Positions 17,812 to 27,997 of a stretch of 64,000 nucleotides of DNA are shown here, piece by piece; the stretch's first letter is position 1; every line of letters starts with the position of its first letter. The notes beneath the pieces are model-generated. The model worked only from the letters and a program-made list of their open reading frames with translations, had not been told where the DNA came from and made no database searches. The position numbers and the translations under genes are program-made. The stretch spans positions 127,994 through 191,993 of the forward strand of contig JBCNUU010000002.1 of the NCBI GenBank assembly GCA_039630545.1, written 5' to 3'. Source of the stretch: Endomicrobiia bacterium (GTDB lineage: Bacteria > Elusimicrobiota > Endomicrobiia > DTEH01).

Positions 17812-19341
17812 ATGTTCTCAAAAGTTTATTCAGGCACAGTATACGGGATAGATGGATTTATTGTAGAAGTAGAGATAGATATTTCAAGTGGATTACCTTC
17901 TTTTAACATAGTAGGACTACCTGATGCAGCAGTAAAAGAATCTAAAGAAAGAGTAGTATCTGCTATAAGAAATTCAGGTTTTGATTTACCTTCTAAAAAG
18001 ATTACAGTAAATCTTGCACCAGCGGACTTGAAAAAAGAAGGAGCTGGTTTTGATCTTCCTATAGCCTTAGGGATATTAGCTGCTGTAGGTAAAGTGAATT
18101 CTGCAGAATTAGAAAACTACTATATAGTAGGAGAATTATCCTTAGATGGCAATGTTCGTTCTGTGAAAGGGGTATTACCTTTGGCTATTGAATTTTCAAA
18201 AAATAGTAAAAGAAGATTAATCATTCCATATTTTAATGCAAAAGAAACAGTTCTTACAGATATTGAAGTATATCCAGTTAAAACCTTAAATGAGGCAGTT
18301 TCTTTTATAAACAAGGAGTTAGAAATATTGCCTTATAAAGAAGACCTGGATAAAATATACAAAGAAAATTATATATATGAGGTAGACTTTTCCGAAGTAA
18401 AAGGGCAACAATATGCAAAACGAGCCATAGAGGTAGCTGCAAGTGGTGGTCATAATATTATTATGATAGGTCCACCGGGAGCTGGCAAAACAATGTTAGC
18501 TTCAAGAATTCCCACGATTTTGCCTGAACTCACACTAGAAGAAGCTATAGAAACAACACGAATTTATTCTGTAGCAGGTATGCTGGATGGGAAGTTTATT
18601 TCTACAAGACCTTTTCGTGCACCACATCATACTATATCTGATATAGCACTAGTTGGAGGAGGACAGATACCTAAACCAGGTGAAGTTTCTTTAGCTCATA
18701 ATGGAGTGTTATTTTTAGATGAGTTGCCTGAATTTAGTAGAAATGTTTTAGAGGTTTTAAGACAACCATTAGAAAAAGGATACATCACTGTGTCAAGAGC
18801 TGCTTTTAAGTGTAACTTCCCTGCTAATGTAATGTTTGTTGCTGCTTGTAATCCATGTCCCTGTGGTTATTTTGGACACCCTAAAAAAGAATGTAAATGT
18901 TCTCCTTATCAAATTCATAAATATCTTTCAAAAATATCCGGTCCGCTTCTTGATAGGATTGACATACAGATAGAAGTTCCTCCTGTGGAAATAGAAGAGG
19001 TAGTTTCTGATGTTTCAGAGGAGACTTCTGAGAAAATCAGAGAAAGAGTAAAGAAGACAAGACAGTTGCAATATGAAAGATATAAAAAATATAAAAATAA
19101 AAAAATATATACTAACTCTCAACTAACAAGTAAGTTAATAAAAGAATTTTGTCCTATGACTGATGAAGCAAAAAGAATTTTAAAAATTAGTATAGAAAAA
19201 TTTAACTTTTCAGCACGAGCTTATGATAGGATTATAAAAGTTGCTCGTACTATTGCAGATATGGATAACAAAGAGGTTATTGATTCCGTACATATTTCAG
19301 AAGCTATTCATTACCGCAGTATTGATAGATTTATTATATGA
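17812..19341 (+). CDS. comM: YifB/ComM family AAA+ ATPase (Mg-chelatase related)
   Basis: Motifs IVGLPDAAVKESKERV, GPPGAGKT, RPFRAPHHT, AHNGVLFLDE and CNPCPCGY. Confidence 0.93.
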   Translation: MFSKVYSGTVYGIDGFIVEVEIDISSGLPSFNIVGLPDAAVKESKERVVSAIRNSGFDLPSKKITVNLAPADLKKEGAGFDLPIALGILAAVGKVNSAELENYYIVGELSLDGNVRSVKGVLPLAIEFSKNSKRRLIIPYFNAKETVLTDIEVYPVKTLNEAVSFINKELEILPYKEDLDKIYKENYIYEVDFSEVKGQQYAKRAIEVAASGGHNIIMIGPPGAGKTMLASRIPTILPELTLEEAIETTRIYSVAGMLDGKFISTRPFRAPHHTISDIALVGGGQIPKPGEVSLAHNGVLFLDELPEFSRNVLEVLRQPLEKGYITVSRAAFKCNFPANVMFVAACNPCPCGYFGHPKKECKCSPYQIHKYLSKISGPLLDRIDIQIEVPPVEIEEVVSDVSEETSEKIRERVKKTRQLQYERYKKYKNKKIYTNSQLTSKLIKEFCPMTDEAKRILKISIEKFNFSARAYDRIIKVARTIADMDNKEVIDSVHISEAIHYRSIDRFII

Positions 19342-22097
19342 AAAATATAGTTGTTTTCACCCCTACCTATAATGAATTAGAAAACATAGAAATTTTTATA
19401 ACACAAGTTTTTGAAGTCTTGCCTGATTGTAAGTTAATAGTAATTGATGATGACTCTCCAGATGGAACTTCTCAAAAAGTTAAAATGTTACAAAAGATTT
19501 ATAAGAATCTTTATCTAATTGTAAGAAAAGAAAAAAAGGGTAGAGGTTATGCAGGTATAGAAGGTTTTAAAAAATCATTGGAACTTGATGCTGATATAAT
19601 AGTTGAAATGGATGCTGATTTGTCTCATTCGCCTTATGATATACCAAAGTTAATTAAAATTTTTGAAATGATTCCAGAAGTAGATATAGTGGTAGGTTCA
19701 AGATATATTTTAGGAGGAGAAGATAAAGAAAGAAATTTTTTAAGAAAATTAATAAGTTTATTTGCCAGGTTTTATATAAAATTTTTCTTAGGAATTCCTA
19801 TTAGAGATGCTACTTCTGGTTTTAAAGCTTACAGAAGAAAAGTTATAGAGAAAATTCTACCATATCTTACTGCTTCAGATCCTTTTATTGTTAGTGAAGT
19901 TAATTATATTGCAAAAATGTTAGGATTTAAATTTTATGAGGTTCCTATAGAGTTTTACAAGCGACTTTATGGCGAAAGTAAACTTACTTTAGGAAAACTT
20001 TTTAAGTATTTACTTAGAGTATTAATTTTACCAATTAAGTTTTTTTTAAAGGATAAATATAACATATTATTTATAAAATTTTTACTTTTAAGCACAATTT
20101 TTAGAATATTTATTTCAGGTTTATTTGGACTTACGGATGATGAATCACACTACTGGCAGTATTCTCAATATTTAGATTTTTCTTATTATGATCATCCACC
20201 CTTAGTGGGTTATTTAATATATCTATCTACAAAAATTTTGGGAAATAATCTATACGCTGTAAGAATACCAGCAATTTTATGTTTTTTTGTTTCTTTGATT
20301 TATTTTTATAAGTTAATCAAAGAAATATGGAATGAGAAAACAGCATTTTATTCAAGCTTGTTACTTAGTTTTGTACCTGTAGTTTTTGTGGGTTCAATTA
20401 TAACATTACCTGATGCTCCTTTAGGAATGTTTTGGATGAGTTATATGTTTTATTTTTATAAATTTATTTCTACCTATAATACTTGGTTTTTATATATATG
20501 TGGAGTTATTTTTGGTTTTGCGTTACTTTCCAAGTATAATGCTATATTTTTATTTATTAGCAGTATGATTATATTCTTATCCAAAAAAGAATTGAGAAGA
20601 TATTTTTTAAAAAAGGATTTCTATTATTCTTATTTATTATCTGTTGTAATTTTTTCTCCTGTTATTTTATGGAATATCACCCATAAATTTGCCTCTTTTA
20701 ATTATCAACTATCCAGAAGTAGTGGTGTTTCAAAATTTTTTAATTTTTTAATTTTTTTAGAAAACTTAGCTACACAAAGCAGCTATCTTTCTCCAGTGGT
20801 TTTTTTGTTAATTGTATATGTTAATGTTTTATTTTTATTAAAAAAAGATTTTAAATATAAGTTTTTTACATATTTTTCCTTACCAGGCATATTATTTTTT
20901 AATTTTATAGGATTAAAAACAAGAATTCTTCCTCACTGGCCGACTATTTCATATATTAGTGCTTTACCTTTAATTTTTTTTATAGATAAGAAAAAAATTA
21001 TGTATTTTGTTTCTTTAATTTCTTCTTTTGGGATTTGTTTGTTTGTCCTATTAGTTGGATTATTTGGTATCATAAAATTACCAGAAAACTTAGCTGACAA
21101 AGATACGCCAGACAAGTTATATGGATGGGATTTAGCAGCTAAAGAATTACATAATTTAATTGAGAAATATGATTCAGGTTTTATATTAACTCATAAATAC
21201 TTCACTGCAGGACAGATAAGGTTTGCTCTCAGTAGGTACTATAAACAAATACCTGAAGTTTTTTGTTTGGATGATTATTTAAACCAGTATGATTTTTGGA
21301 GTAAAAATTTGGTAAAATATAATGGACAAAATGCCATTTTTATAACAGAAGGAAGATTTAAAGAAGATAATTTTTTAAAAGAAGCACCATTTAGCAAAGT
21401 TAAATTTATTATGAGTGTTTCCTTTAGAAAAAACAAATTCTGGCCACCGCGAATCTTTAAATTCTATTTTTGTGAAAATTTTGAGTATAATAAAATCTCT
21501 TCTAAGTTTTTGCAAGAAAAATATAATAATCATTTAAGAGTTACAGAATATCTAAGAGATTATGATAAGAAAATATTCCTTAAAATAAACAATATGCCTG
21601 TGTATAAAAATAAAATTTTTACTACTTTAAGCTATGCAATTACTTCTTTAGGAAACGGATTAGTATTAATTCCAATGGTTATTATTCTTTTATATTTTAT
21701 TGATAAAAAATCTTTTGTAAGAAATTCGGTTGTTTTTCTTTTAATAGTTTCATTTGGTGGTTTAATGATTCAGATTTTGAAAAATTTGTTTGACAAACCA
21801 AGGCCCCTTAAACTTTTTTTTGATATTTTAAACCAACCTATAAATGTAATAGGGGAACGTCTCTATGAATATGGGTTTCCTTCTGGACATACTTTTTTAG
21901 CTTTTAGTTCCTACGTTTTTATTTCAGATAGGATTAAAAAAAAGTTAGTCAGATTAATTTTATTTTTTTTAGCCTTTCTTATAGGTATAAGTAGAGTTTT
22001 AGTAGGAGCTCATTTCTTAAGTGATGTTATAGCTGGAATGATTATAGGGATAGTTTTTACTAATTTATGTATTAGATTAGAAAAGGAACTACAATGA
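19338..22097 (+). CDS. Three-domain fusion: GT2 polyprenol-phosphate glycosyl synthase + RgtA/ArnT-like GT-C transferase + PAP2 phosphatase
   Basis: GT2 motifs PTYNE, DDDSPDGT, MDADLSH; GT-C motifs DDESHYW...YYDHPP, PDAPL, SKY; PAP2 motifs KNLFDKPRP, PSGH, SRVLVGAHFLSD. One uninterrupted 919-aa frame. Confidence 0.88.
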   Translation: MKNIVVFTPTYNELENIEIFITQVFEVLPDCKLIVIDDDSPDGTSQKVKMLQKIYKNLYLIVRKEKKGRGYAGIEGFKKSLELDADIIVEMDADLSHSPYDIPKLIKIFEMIPEVDIVVGSRYILGGEDKERNFLRKLISLFARFYIKFFLGIPIRDATSGFKAYRRKVIEKILPYLTASDPFIVSEVNYIAKMLGFKFYEVPIEFYKRLYGESKLTLGKLFKYLLRVLILPIKFFLKDKYNILFIKFLLLSTIFRIFISGLFGLTDDESHYWQYSQYLDFSYYDHPPLVGYLIYLSTKILGNNLYAVRIPAILCFFVSLIYFYKLIKEIWNEKTAFYSSLLLSFVPVVFVGSIITLPDAPLGMFWMSYMFYFYKFISTYNTWFLYICGVIFGFALLSKYNAIFLFISSMIIFLSKKELRRYFLKKDFYYSYLLSVVIFSPVILWNITHKFASFNYQLSRSSGVSKFFNFLIFLENLATQSSYLSPVVFLLIVYVNVLFLLKKDFKYKFFTYFSLPGILFFNFIGLKTRILPHWPTISYISALPLIFFIDKKKIMYFVSLISSFGICLFVLLVGLFGIIKLPENLADKDTPDKLYGWDLAAKELHNLIEKYDSGFILTHKYFTAGQIRFALSRYYKQIPEVFCLDDYLNQYDFWSKNLVKYNGQNAIFITEGRFKEDNFLKEAPFSKVKFIMSVSFRKNKFWPPRIFKFYFCENFEYNKISSKFLQEKYNNHLRVTEYLRDYDKKIFLKINNMPVYKNKIFTTLSYAITSLGNGLVLIPMVIILLYFIDKKSFVRNSVVFLLIVSFGGLMIQILKNLFDKPRPLKLFFDILNQPINVIGERLYEYGFPSGHTFLAFSSYVFISDRIKKKLVRLILFFLAFLIGISRVLVGAHFLSDVIAGMIIGIVFTNLCIRLEKELQ

Positions 22098-22126
22098 ATA
22101 ATTTAGTTTTCAGGAGGAAAAATATC

Positions 22127-22879
22127 ATGAAAAAGGTTATAGTATTATTGTTTATTTTTTCATTTTATTGTTTTGGGAGTATAGAGTATGTTGTTGTTAA
22201 AGGAGATTGTTTATGGAATATAGCAAAAAGATTCTATCAAAATCCATTTTTATGGCCTAATATATATGAAGCTAATAAACACCAAATAAGAAATCCTGAT
22301 CTTATTTACCCAGGTCAAGTATTTATTTTACCTGATATAGAAGTTTCTGAAGAAACTGATGAAAAGAAAGCACAATTTTTATCCGAGCAGGAGATTGAAG
22401 AAGGGCAAGTTAAAGAAGTTCAACATGACTCCGAAGAGTTTCTAGAAAAAGATGTAAAAGAAGAAATGTTTGAGGAAGAGAAGATATTCCATGAAATATC
22501 TGAAAAATCCGAGGAAGAGAAAAAATATAAAGAGAAAAATCATCAAGAAATTTCTGAATTTCCACAAAAAATAAAGTTAGAAGAGTTTGAATTTCAAGGA
22601 AAAATAGTAGCAGCAAAAGAAGAAAAATTTGTATATATAGATTTTGATAAGATATATTGTGAACTAAAAGACATGACTGGTATTTATGAAGGCAAAATTT
22701 TGGGAATATATCATTTAGGTCCTTCTAAGTATGATATTAACTTGATGAAGATTCCTAAAAATCAGCTTATTCTTGTTGGTAAAGCTAAGGTATTAGAAAT
22801 ACTTGATGATAATAAAGTCTTATGTGAAATTTTAAGAGTTTACTCTCCTGTAGCAATAGGAGATTTTATTAAAAAATAA
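22127..22879 (+). CDS. Secreted LysM protein, TsaP-like
   Basis: AGGAGG SD before ATG 22127, signal peptide, LysM (YVVVKGDCLWNIA...NPDLIYPGQ), acidic linker, and a C-terminal beta domain ending VAIGDFI. Confidence 0.8.
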   Translation: MKKVIVLLFIFSFYCFGSIEYVVVKGDCLWNIAKRFYQNPFLWPNIYEANKHQIRNPDLIYPGQVFILPDIEVSEETDEKKAQFLSEQEIEEGQVKEVQHDSEEFLEKDVKEEMFEEEKIFHEISEKSEEEKKYKEKNHQEISEFPQKIKLEEFEFQGKIVAAKEEKFVYIDFDKIYCELKDMTGIYEGKILGIYHLGPSKYDINLMKIPKNQLILVGKAKVLEILDDNKVLCEILRVYSPVAIGDFIKK

Positions 22880-22894
22880 TTTACACAAACAAAT

Positions 22895-23296
22895 ATGAAA
22901 AAGTTTCTTATATTTGGTATAATAATTATTGGATGTATAAACTTTATTTATTACAAATATTACAAAACAGGTAAATTTAACTTACTTTTAGAAAGATATC
23001 CAAATTCAAAATTTACTCAAACGATAGAAATTGTCTTAGGTGTTGTATGTGATATGTTGGGCAAAAGCGATTCTGCTATATTTAGGTTTAACAGAGCAAT
23101 AAACATTTATACTTTAGAAGAATCTAAACCTTTTAGTTATTATAACATAGCAAAAATTTATGAAGAAAAAAAAGAAATTAAATTAGCATTGAAATATTAC
23201 AGATTGACTTTTGAGAAATATCCTAAATCTTATTATGGAGATCTGAGTAGAAAACGGTATGATTATTTGTTGTTATTAGGTTATAAAGAAAAATGA
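22895..23296 (+). CDS. Small membrane-anchored TPR protein
   Basis: N-terminal TM and TPR-like YYNIAKIYE...ALKYYRLTFEKYPKS. Confidence 0.7.
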   Translation: MKKFLIFGIIIIGCINFIYYKYYKTGKFNLLLERYPNSKFTQTIEIVLGVVCDMLGKSDSAIFRFNRAINIYTLEESKPFSYYNIAKIYEEKKEIKLALKYYRLTFEKYPKSYYGDLSRKRYDYLLLLGYKEK

Positions 23297-24081
23297 AAAA
23301 ATATATATTGCTCTTGTTATGTTTTAATGTAATAATTTTTGGATTGTGTTATGAAGAAAATTACTATTTGAAAATAGATTGCAATAGTCAAAATGAGATT
23401 AAACAATTAATTGAGATATTAAAAGATCATAGTTGGTTTAAAAAAGAAAAGTTAAAAACTCATAACACTACTATTCAGTTGGGTCCCTATAATCTTCAAG
23501 AAGCCAAAGACATACAAAGTATTTTATGTGTTGAATTGGATATTCCTGCTTATATAGAAAGTAAGGAAAACGAAATAACAGAAGAATTTCAACAACAGGA
23601 AGAATTTTGTATAGTAGAGACAAGTTATACAAAATACGTATCTGAAGATTTATTGAATTATTATCAGGATGAGAATGTAAGAAAAATAATTAGCTATGCT
23701 TTAGAACTTTACACATCGCCTTATAAATGGGGAGGTACAGATATACAGAAAGGTATAGATTGCTCATATTTTGTTAAGTATATTTTTTCTAGGATAGGAA
23801 TAAATCTACCAAGGACTTCAAAAGAACAGTTTAAAATAGGTAAAGAAGTTTCAAAAGAAGAGATTAAATGTGGAGATCTTGTGTTTTTTAAAAAGGTCAG
23901 ATACGCAAAGGTTAAAGGTAAGATCAAAAAATATGAATATATAAATCATGTGGGTATATATTTAAAAGATGGTGAATTTATTCATGCAGCTCGTGGATGT
24001 AAGAGAGTAACAATATCTTCATTGTCAGAACCTTATTATAAAAAACACTTTGCAGGAGCCAGAAGAATAGTGGTTGAATAA
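23293..24081 (+). CDS. NlpC/P60 (C40) peptidoglycan endopeptidase
   Basis: Motifs PYKWGG, GIDCSYF, LPRTSKEQ, GDLVFF, HVGIY and FIHA; signal peptide. Confidence 0.92.
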   Translation: MKKYILLLLCFNVIIFGLCYEENYYLKIDCNSQNEIKQLIEILKDHSWFKKEKLKTHNTTIQLGPYNLQEAKDIQSILCVELDIPAYIESKENEITEEFQQQEEFCIVETSYTKYVSEDLLNYYQDENVRKIISYALELYTSPYKWGGTDIQKGIDCSYFVKYIFSRIGINLPRTSKEQFKIGKEVSKEEIKCGDLVFFKKVRYAKVKGKIKKYEYINHVGIYLKDGEFIHAARGCKRVTISSLSEPYYKKHFAGARRIVVE

Positions 24082-24084
24082 ATT

Positions 24085-25212
24085 ATGAAAATAAATGATG
24101 AAATTAAGAGTTTAATAATATTAAATAGTATACCATTTTTAACACCAAGAAAAATTAAAAATTTAATAGATAAATTTGGCACTGCGAGTAATATTCTAAA
24201 TGCTTCAATAGAAGAACTAACAAGTGTTGAAAACATTACTGAAATCGTTGCTAATAGAATATTAAACTGGAAGTCCAAAGTTAATCCTGACAAAGAAATA
24301 GAACAGATATTAAAAAATGATATAAAAATTATATCTTATTTTGACGAAAACTATCCTTCTTTATTAAAAAACCTTGAAGATCCTCCAATGTTACTATATG
24401 TTAAAGGAAATCTAGAAAGTATATATGAGTTTTCTTTATCTGTAGTTGGCACTAGAAAACCTACTTCTTATGGAAAAATTGTCACAGAACATTTAATAAA
24501 AGAATTATCAAAATATAGGTTTACAATTATTAGTGGTTTAGCATATGGAATAGATAAAATAGCTCATGAATGTGCAATAAAAAATGGTTTAAAAACTATT
24601 GCAGTATTAGGAAACGGTTTGGGTATTTATTATCCATTGTCAAATAAAAAATTACAAAACGATATTCCTTTAAAGGGTGGTTGTTTAATATCTGAGTTTT
24701 CATATTTTAGGCGACCTGATAAGTTAACCTTTCCGCAAAGAAACAGAATAATAGCTGCTTTATCTTTAGCAACAATAGTAATAGAAGCTGATATTAAAAG
24801 TGGAGCGTTAATTACAGCAAAATTTGCAGCTGATATGGGTAAGGAAGTTTTTGCTGTACCTGGAAGTATATTTTCAAATCAAAGTAGAGGGACAAACTTT
24901 CTTATTAAAACAGGAGCAAAAATGGTTACTTGTGTTGAAGATATAATTGAGGAAATAAAAGAAATTTGTTATTCTTTAAAAAAAGATTTTTCTGAATATA
25001 ATAAAGGCAATACTTTAACTGATGAATCAATGATTTCAGAAGATGAAAGGAAAGTTTTAGATATCATTTCCTCTGAGCCAAATGGACTACATATAGATAA
25101 AATTCAGTATATTTCAAACATAGAAATAAATAAACTTTTAAATATACTTTTAAGACTTCAAATTTTAGGTAAAATTAAAGAAATTCATAACAAAACTTTT
25201 ATAGTTATTTAG
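24085..25212 (+). CDS. dprA: DNA-processing protein DprA
   Basis: Motifs VVGTRKPTSYG, ISGLAYGID, FPQRNRIIAALS and SGALITA. Confidence 0.96.
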   Translation: MKINDEIKSLIILNSIPFLTPRKIKNLIDKFGTASNILNASIEELTSVENITEIVANRILNWKSKVNPDKEIEQILKNDIKIISYFDENYPSLLKNLEDPPMLLYVKGNLESIYEFSLSVVGTRKPTSYGKIVTEHLIKELSKYRFTIISGLAYGIDKIAHECAIKNGLKTIAVLGNGLGIYYPLSNKKLQNDIPLKGGCLISEFSYFRRPDKLTFPQRNRIIAALSLATIVIEADIKSGALITAKFAADMGKEVFAVPGSIFSNQSRGTNFLIKTGAKMVTCVEDIIEEIKEICYSLKKDFSEYNKGNTLTDESMISEDERKVLDIISSEPNGLHIDKIQYISNIEINKLLNILLRLQILGKIKEIHNKTFIVI

Positions 25213-25220
25213 ATAATTAT

Positions 25221-27077
25221 ATGAAGTTGATAATTGTTGAATCGCCAACGAAAGAAAAGACCATATCAAAATTTCTAAATAACTCAAAAGAATATGTAGT
25301 TAAAAGTTCATATGGACATATAAGAGACTTACCTAAAAATAGTTTAGGGGTTGATGAGAAAAATAATTTTAAGCCTTATTATGTAATTCTTCCTAAAGCT
25401 AAAAAAATTATCAAAGAACTTAAAAATCTTTCTAACCAGGCAGAAGATATATATTTAGCCACAGATTACGACCGTGAGGGAGAGTCTATAGCTTGGCATT
25501 TAGTAAAAGTTTTAGGCTTAGATGAAAATGAAGTTAAAAGAATAACTTTTCATGAAATCACTCCTAAAGCAATATTTGAAGCTTTAAAAAATCCTAAAAA
25601 AATAGATAAAAACTTAGTAAATGCCCAACAGGCAAGACGAATCATAGATAGGTTGATTGGTTATAAACTATCACCGCTTTTATGGGATAAAATAGCAAAT
25701 AAACTTTCGGCAGGGAGAGTTCAGTCTGCAGCATTAAAGTTCATATATGATAGAGAAAAAGAAATAGAAAATTTTAAACCACAGGAATATTGGACTGTAG
25801 AATGTGAATTTTATAAGGTAAAAGAGGAAAACTTTTTTAAAGCTAACCTTTCTTATATCGGCGACAAAAAATTAGATAAACTAGATATAAAAACTCAACA
25901 AGAAGCTGAGGAAATAACAAAAGAGATAAGAAATATTGGCACTGGAGAAATAATAGACATAAAAATAGAAGAAAAATTAAAATCACCGCCTGCTCCTTTT
26001 ATCACTTCTACCTTGCAACAAGAGGCTTCGTGGAAGTTGAAATTTTCTCCCTCCAAGACTATGGCTATAGCTCAAAGTCTATATGAAGGAGTAGATTTAG
26101 GAAAAACAGAACGCATAGGACTTATTACATATATGAGGACAGATTCTACTTATGTATCAGATTATGCTATAGATGAGCTGAGAAAATTCATAAAAGAAAA
26201 ATTTACAGAGAAATATCTAAACGATATACCAAGAAAATATAAAACAAAAGTGAAAAATGCCCAGGAAGCACACGAAGCTATAAGACCTACTAATGTTTAT
26301 TATACTCCGGAAGAAATAAAAAAATATCTTACAAATGATCAATATAAACTATATGACCTTATTTGGAAAAGATTTGTAGCATCTCAGATGAAAGACATGA
26401 AATATCAAATTACAACTCTGAAAATAAAAGTTTCAGAAAAATATATTTTTGAGGCGGAGATAAAAAAGATACTATTTGAAGGATATTATATTATATTACC
26501 CGAAGAACAACAAAAAAAGGAAAAGGAAGAAATTATTTTAGAAAAATTTAATTTAAATGATGAATTAAAAATTAAAGATTGTATTTCAAAACAACATTTT
26601 ACAGAACCTCCTTCTCGTTATACAGAGGCTTCATTGATTAAAGAGCTTGAAAAAAATGGTATAGGAAGACCTTCCACTTATGCTAGCATAGTTGATACAC
26701 TTAAAATAAGAGGTTATGTTAAACTTAAAGAAAGAAAATTTTATATAACAGATTTAGGTAAAAGAGTTACTGAGTTATTATCAACTTTTTTCCCTGAAGT
26801 TGTAGATAAGTTTTATACTGCAAAAATAGAAAATATGTTAGATAAAATTTCTCGTGGTAAAGAGAAGTGGCCAAATGTTGTTGCTCTATATAATGAACAA
26901 TTAATGAAAAATTTGCAAAGAGCAACAAAAGAAATTGAATCTAAAAATGATGTTTTATCAGATAAAAAATGTAAATTATGCGGAAGCAATATGATAATCA
27001 GAGAAAGTAAATATGGTAAATTTCTGTCTTGCAGTAATTTTCCAAAATGTAAATATAAGTTAAATTATGAAAATTAA
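25221..27077 (+). CDS. topA: Type I DNA topoisomerase
   Basis: Motifs IVESPTK, ATDYDREGE, SAGRVQS, ITYMRTDS and GIGRPSTYA; one C-terminal Zn ribbon. Confidence 0.97.
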   Translation: MKLIIVESPTKEKTISKFLNNSKEYVVKSSYGHIRDLPKNSLGVDEKNNFKPYYVILPKAKKIIKELKNLSNQAEDIYLATDYDREGESIAWHLVKVLGLDENEVKRITFHEITPKAIFEALKNPKKIDKNLVNAQQARRIIDRLIGYKLSPLLWDKIANKLSAGRVQSAALKFIYDREKEIENFKPQEYWTVECEFYKVKEENFFKANLSYIGDKKLDKLDIKTQQEAEEITKEIRNIGTGEIIDIKIEEKLKSPPAPFITSTLQQEASWKLKFSPSKTMAIAQSLYEGVDLGKTERIGLITYMRTDSTYVSDYAIDELRKFIKEKFTEKYLNDIPRKYKTKVKNAQEAHEAIRPTNVYYTPEEIKKYLTNDQYKLYDLIWKRFVASQMKDMKYQITTLKIKVSEKYIFEAEIKKILFEGYYIILPEEQQKKEKEEIILEKFNLNDELKIKDCISKQHFTEPPSRYTEASLIKELEKNGIGRPSTYASIVDTLKIRGYVKLKERKFYITDLGKRVTELLSTFFPEVVDKFYTAKIENMLDKISRGKEKWPNVVALYNEQLMKNLQRATKEIESKNDVLSDKKCKLCGSNMIIRESKYGKFLSCSNFPKCKYKLNYEN

Positions 27078-27996
27078 AAATTTAAAAATAAACAGAGACA
27101 AAATTCCTGAATATTATAAGAATTTCATTACGAAATTTAAAATTTATTTAATGGCAGAGAAAAGTGTATCTAAAAATACAATTATAGCTTACATTACTGA
27201 TATAGAGGAGTTTTTCGAATATTTATATAGTGAGTTAAAAATTAAAAACATTAAAGATATCACCAGAACTGTAATAAGGAGTTTTATTTCACATCTACAG
27301 CAGTTGGAATATAAAAGATCATCTATTATAAGAAAAATAAACGCAATACGGACCTTTTTTAAATTTTTAATTCAAAAAAAATATATTATTTTTAATCCTA
27401 CGCTATATTTAAGTAGTATAAAAAAAGAAAAAAATCTTCCAACTTTTTTAACGAAGCAAGAAATAGAAAAATTGCTTAATTTAGTAGTTCCTAAAGATTT
27501 TTTCACAGCAAGAGATAGAGCACTACTTGAGTTGTTGTATTCTTCAGGTCTTAGAATTTCAGAAGTATATCAGATTGATGAAGATGATATAGATATTTAC
27601 GAAGGTATAGTGACGGTTAAAGGAAAGGGCAATAAAGAAAGGATAGTTCCTGTAGGAGATGTTGCTTTAAATTATTTGAGAGAATATCTAAAATATAAAT
27701 ATAAAGAAGGATTCAGAAGTAAAGAATTATTTGTCAACAAATTTGGTAAAAGACTTAGTGTTAGAGGGATAAGAAAAATTATTGCAAGATGGATTAAAAA
27801 AGCTTCAATTCATAAAAAAATTTCTCCACATACTTTTAGACATACTTTTGCTACACATCTTTTAGATGCAGGTTGTGATTTAAGAAGTATTCAGGAAATG
27901 TTAGGACATAAAAGTTTATCCACTACTAACATATATACTCATATAACATTGCAACGTCTTAAAAAAATATATGAAAGAATCCATCCAAGAAGATGA
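27067..27996 (+). CDS. xerC: Tyrosine recombinase XerC
   Basis: Motifs LYSSGLRISE, GKGNKER, HTFRHTFATHLL, LGH and TNIYTH; dprA-topA-xerC context. Confidence 0.85.
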   Translation: MKIKNLKINRDKIPEYYKNFITKFKIYLMAEKSVSKNTIIAYITDIEEFFEYLYSELKIKNIKDITRTVIRSFISHLQQLEYKRSSIIRKINAIRTFFKFLIQKKYIIFNPTLYLSSIKKEKNLPTFLTKQEIEKLLNLVVPKDFFTARDRALLELLYSSGLRISEVYQIDEDDIDIYEGIVTVKGKGNKERIVPVGDVALNYLREYLKYKYKEGFRSKELFVNKFGKRLSVRGIRKIIARWIKKASIHKKISPHTFRHTFATHLLDAGCDLRSIQEMLGHKSLSTTNIYTHITLQRLKKIYERIHPRR

Positions 27997-27997
27997 A

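Noticed and set aside
27067..27996. Phage or island integrase
   Set aside because: XerC-type sequence in the conserved dprA-topA-xerC context, with no att repeats or phage genes.
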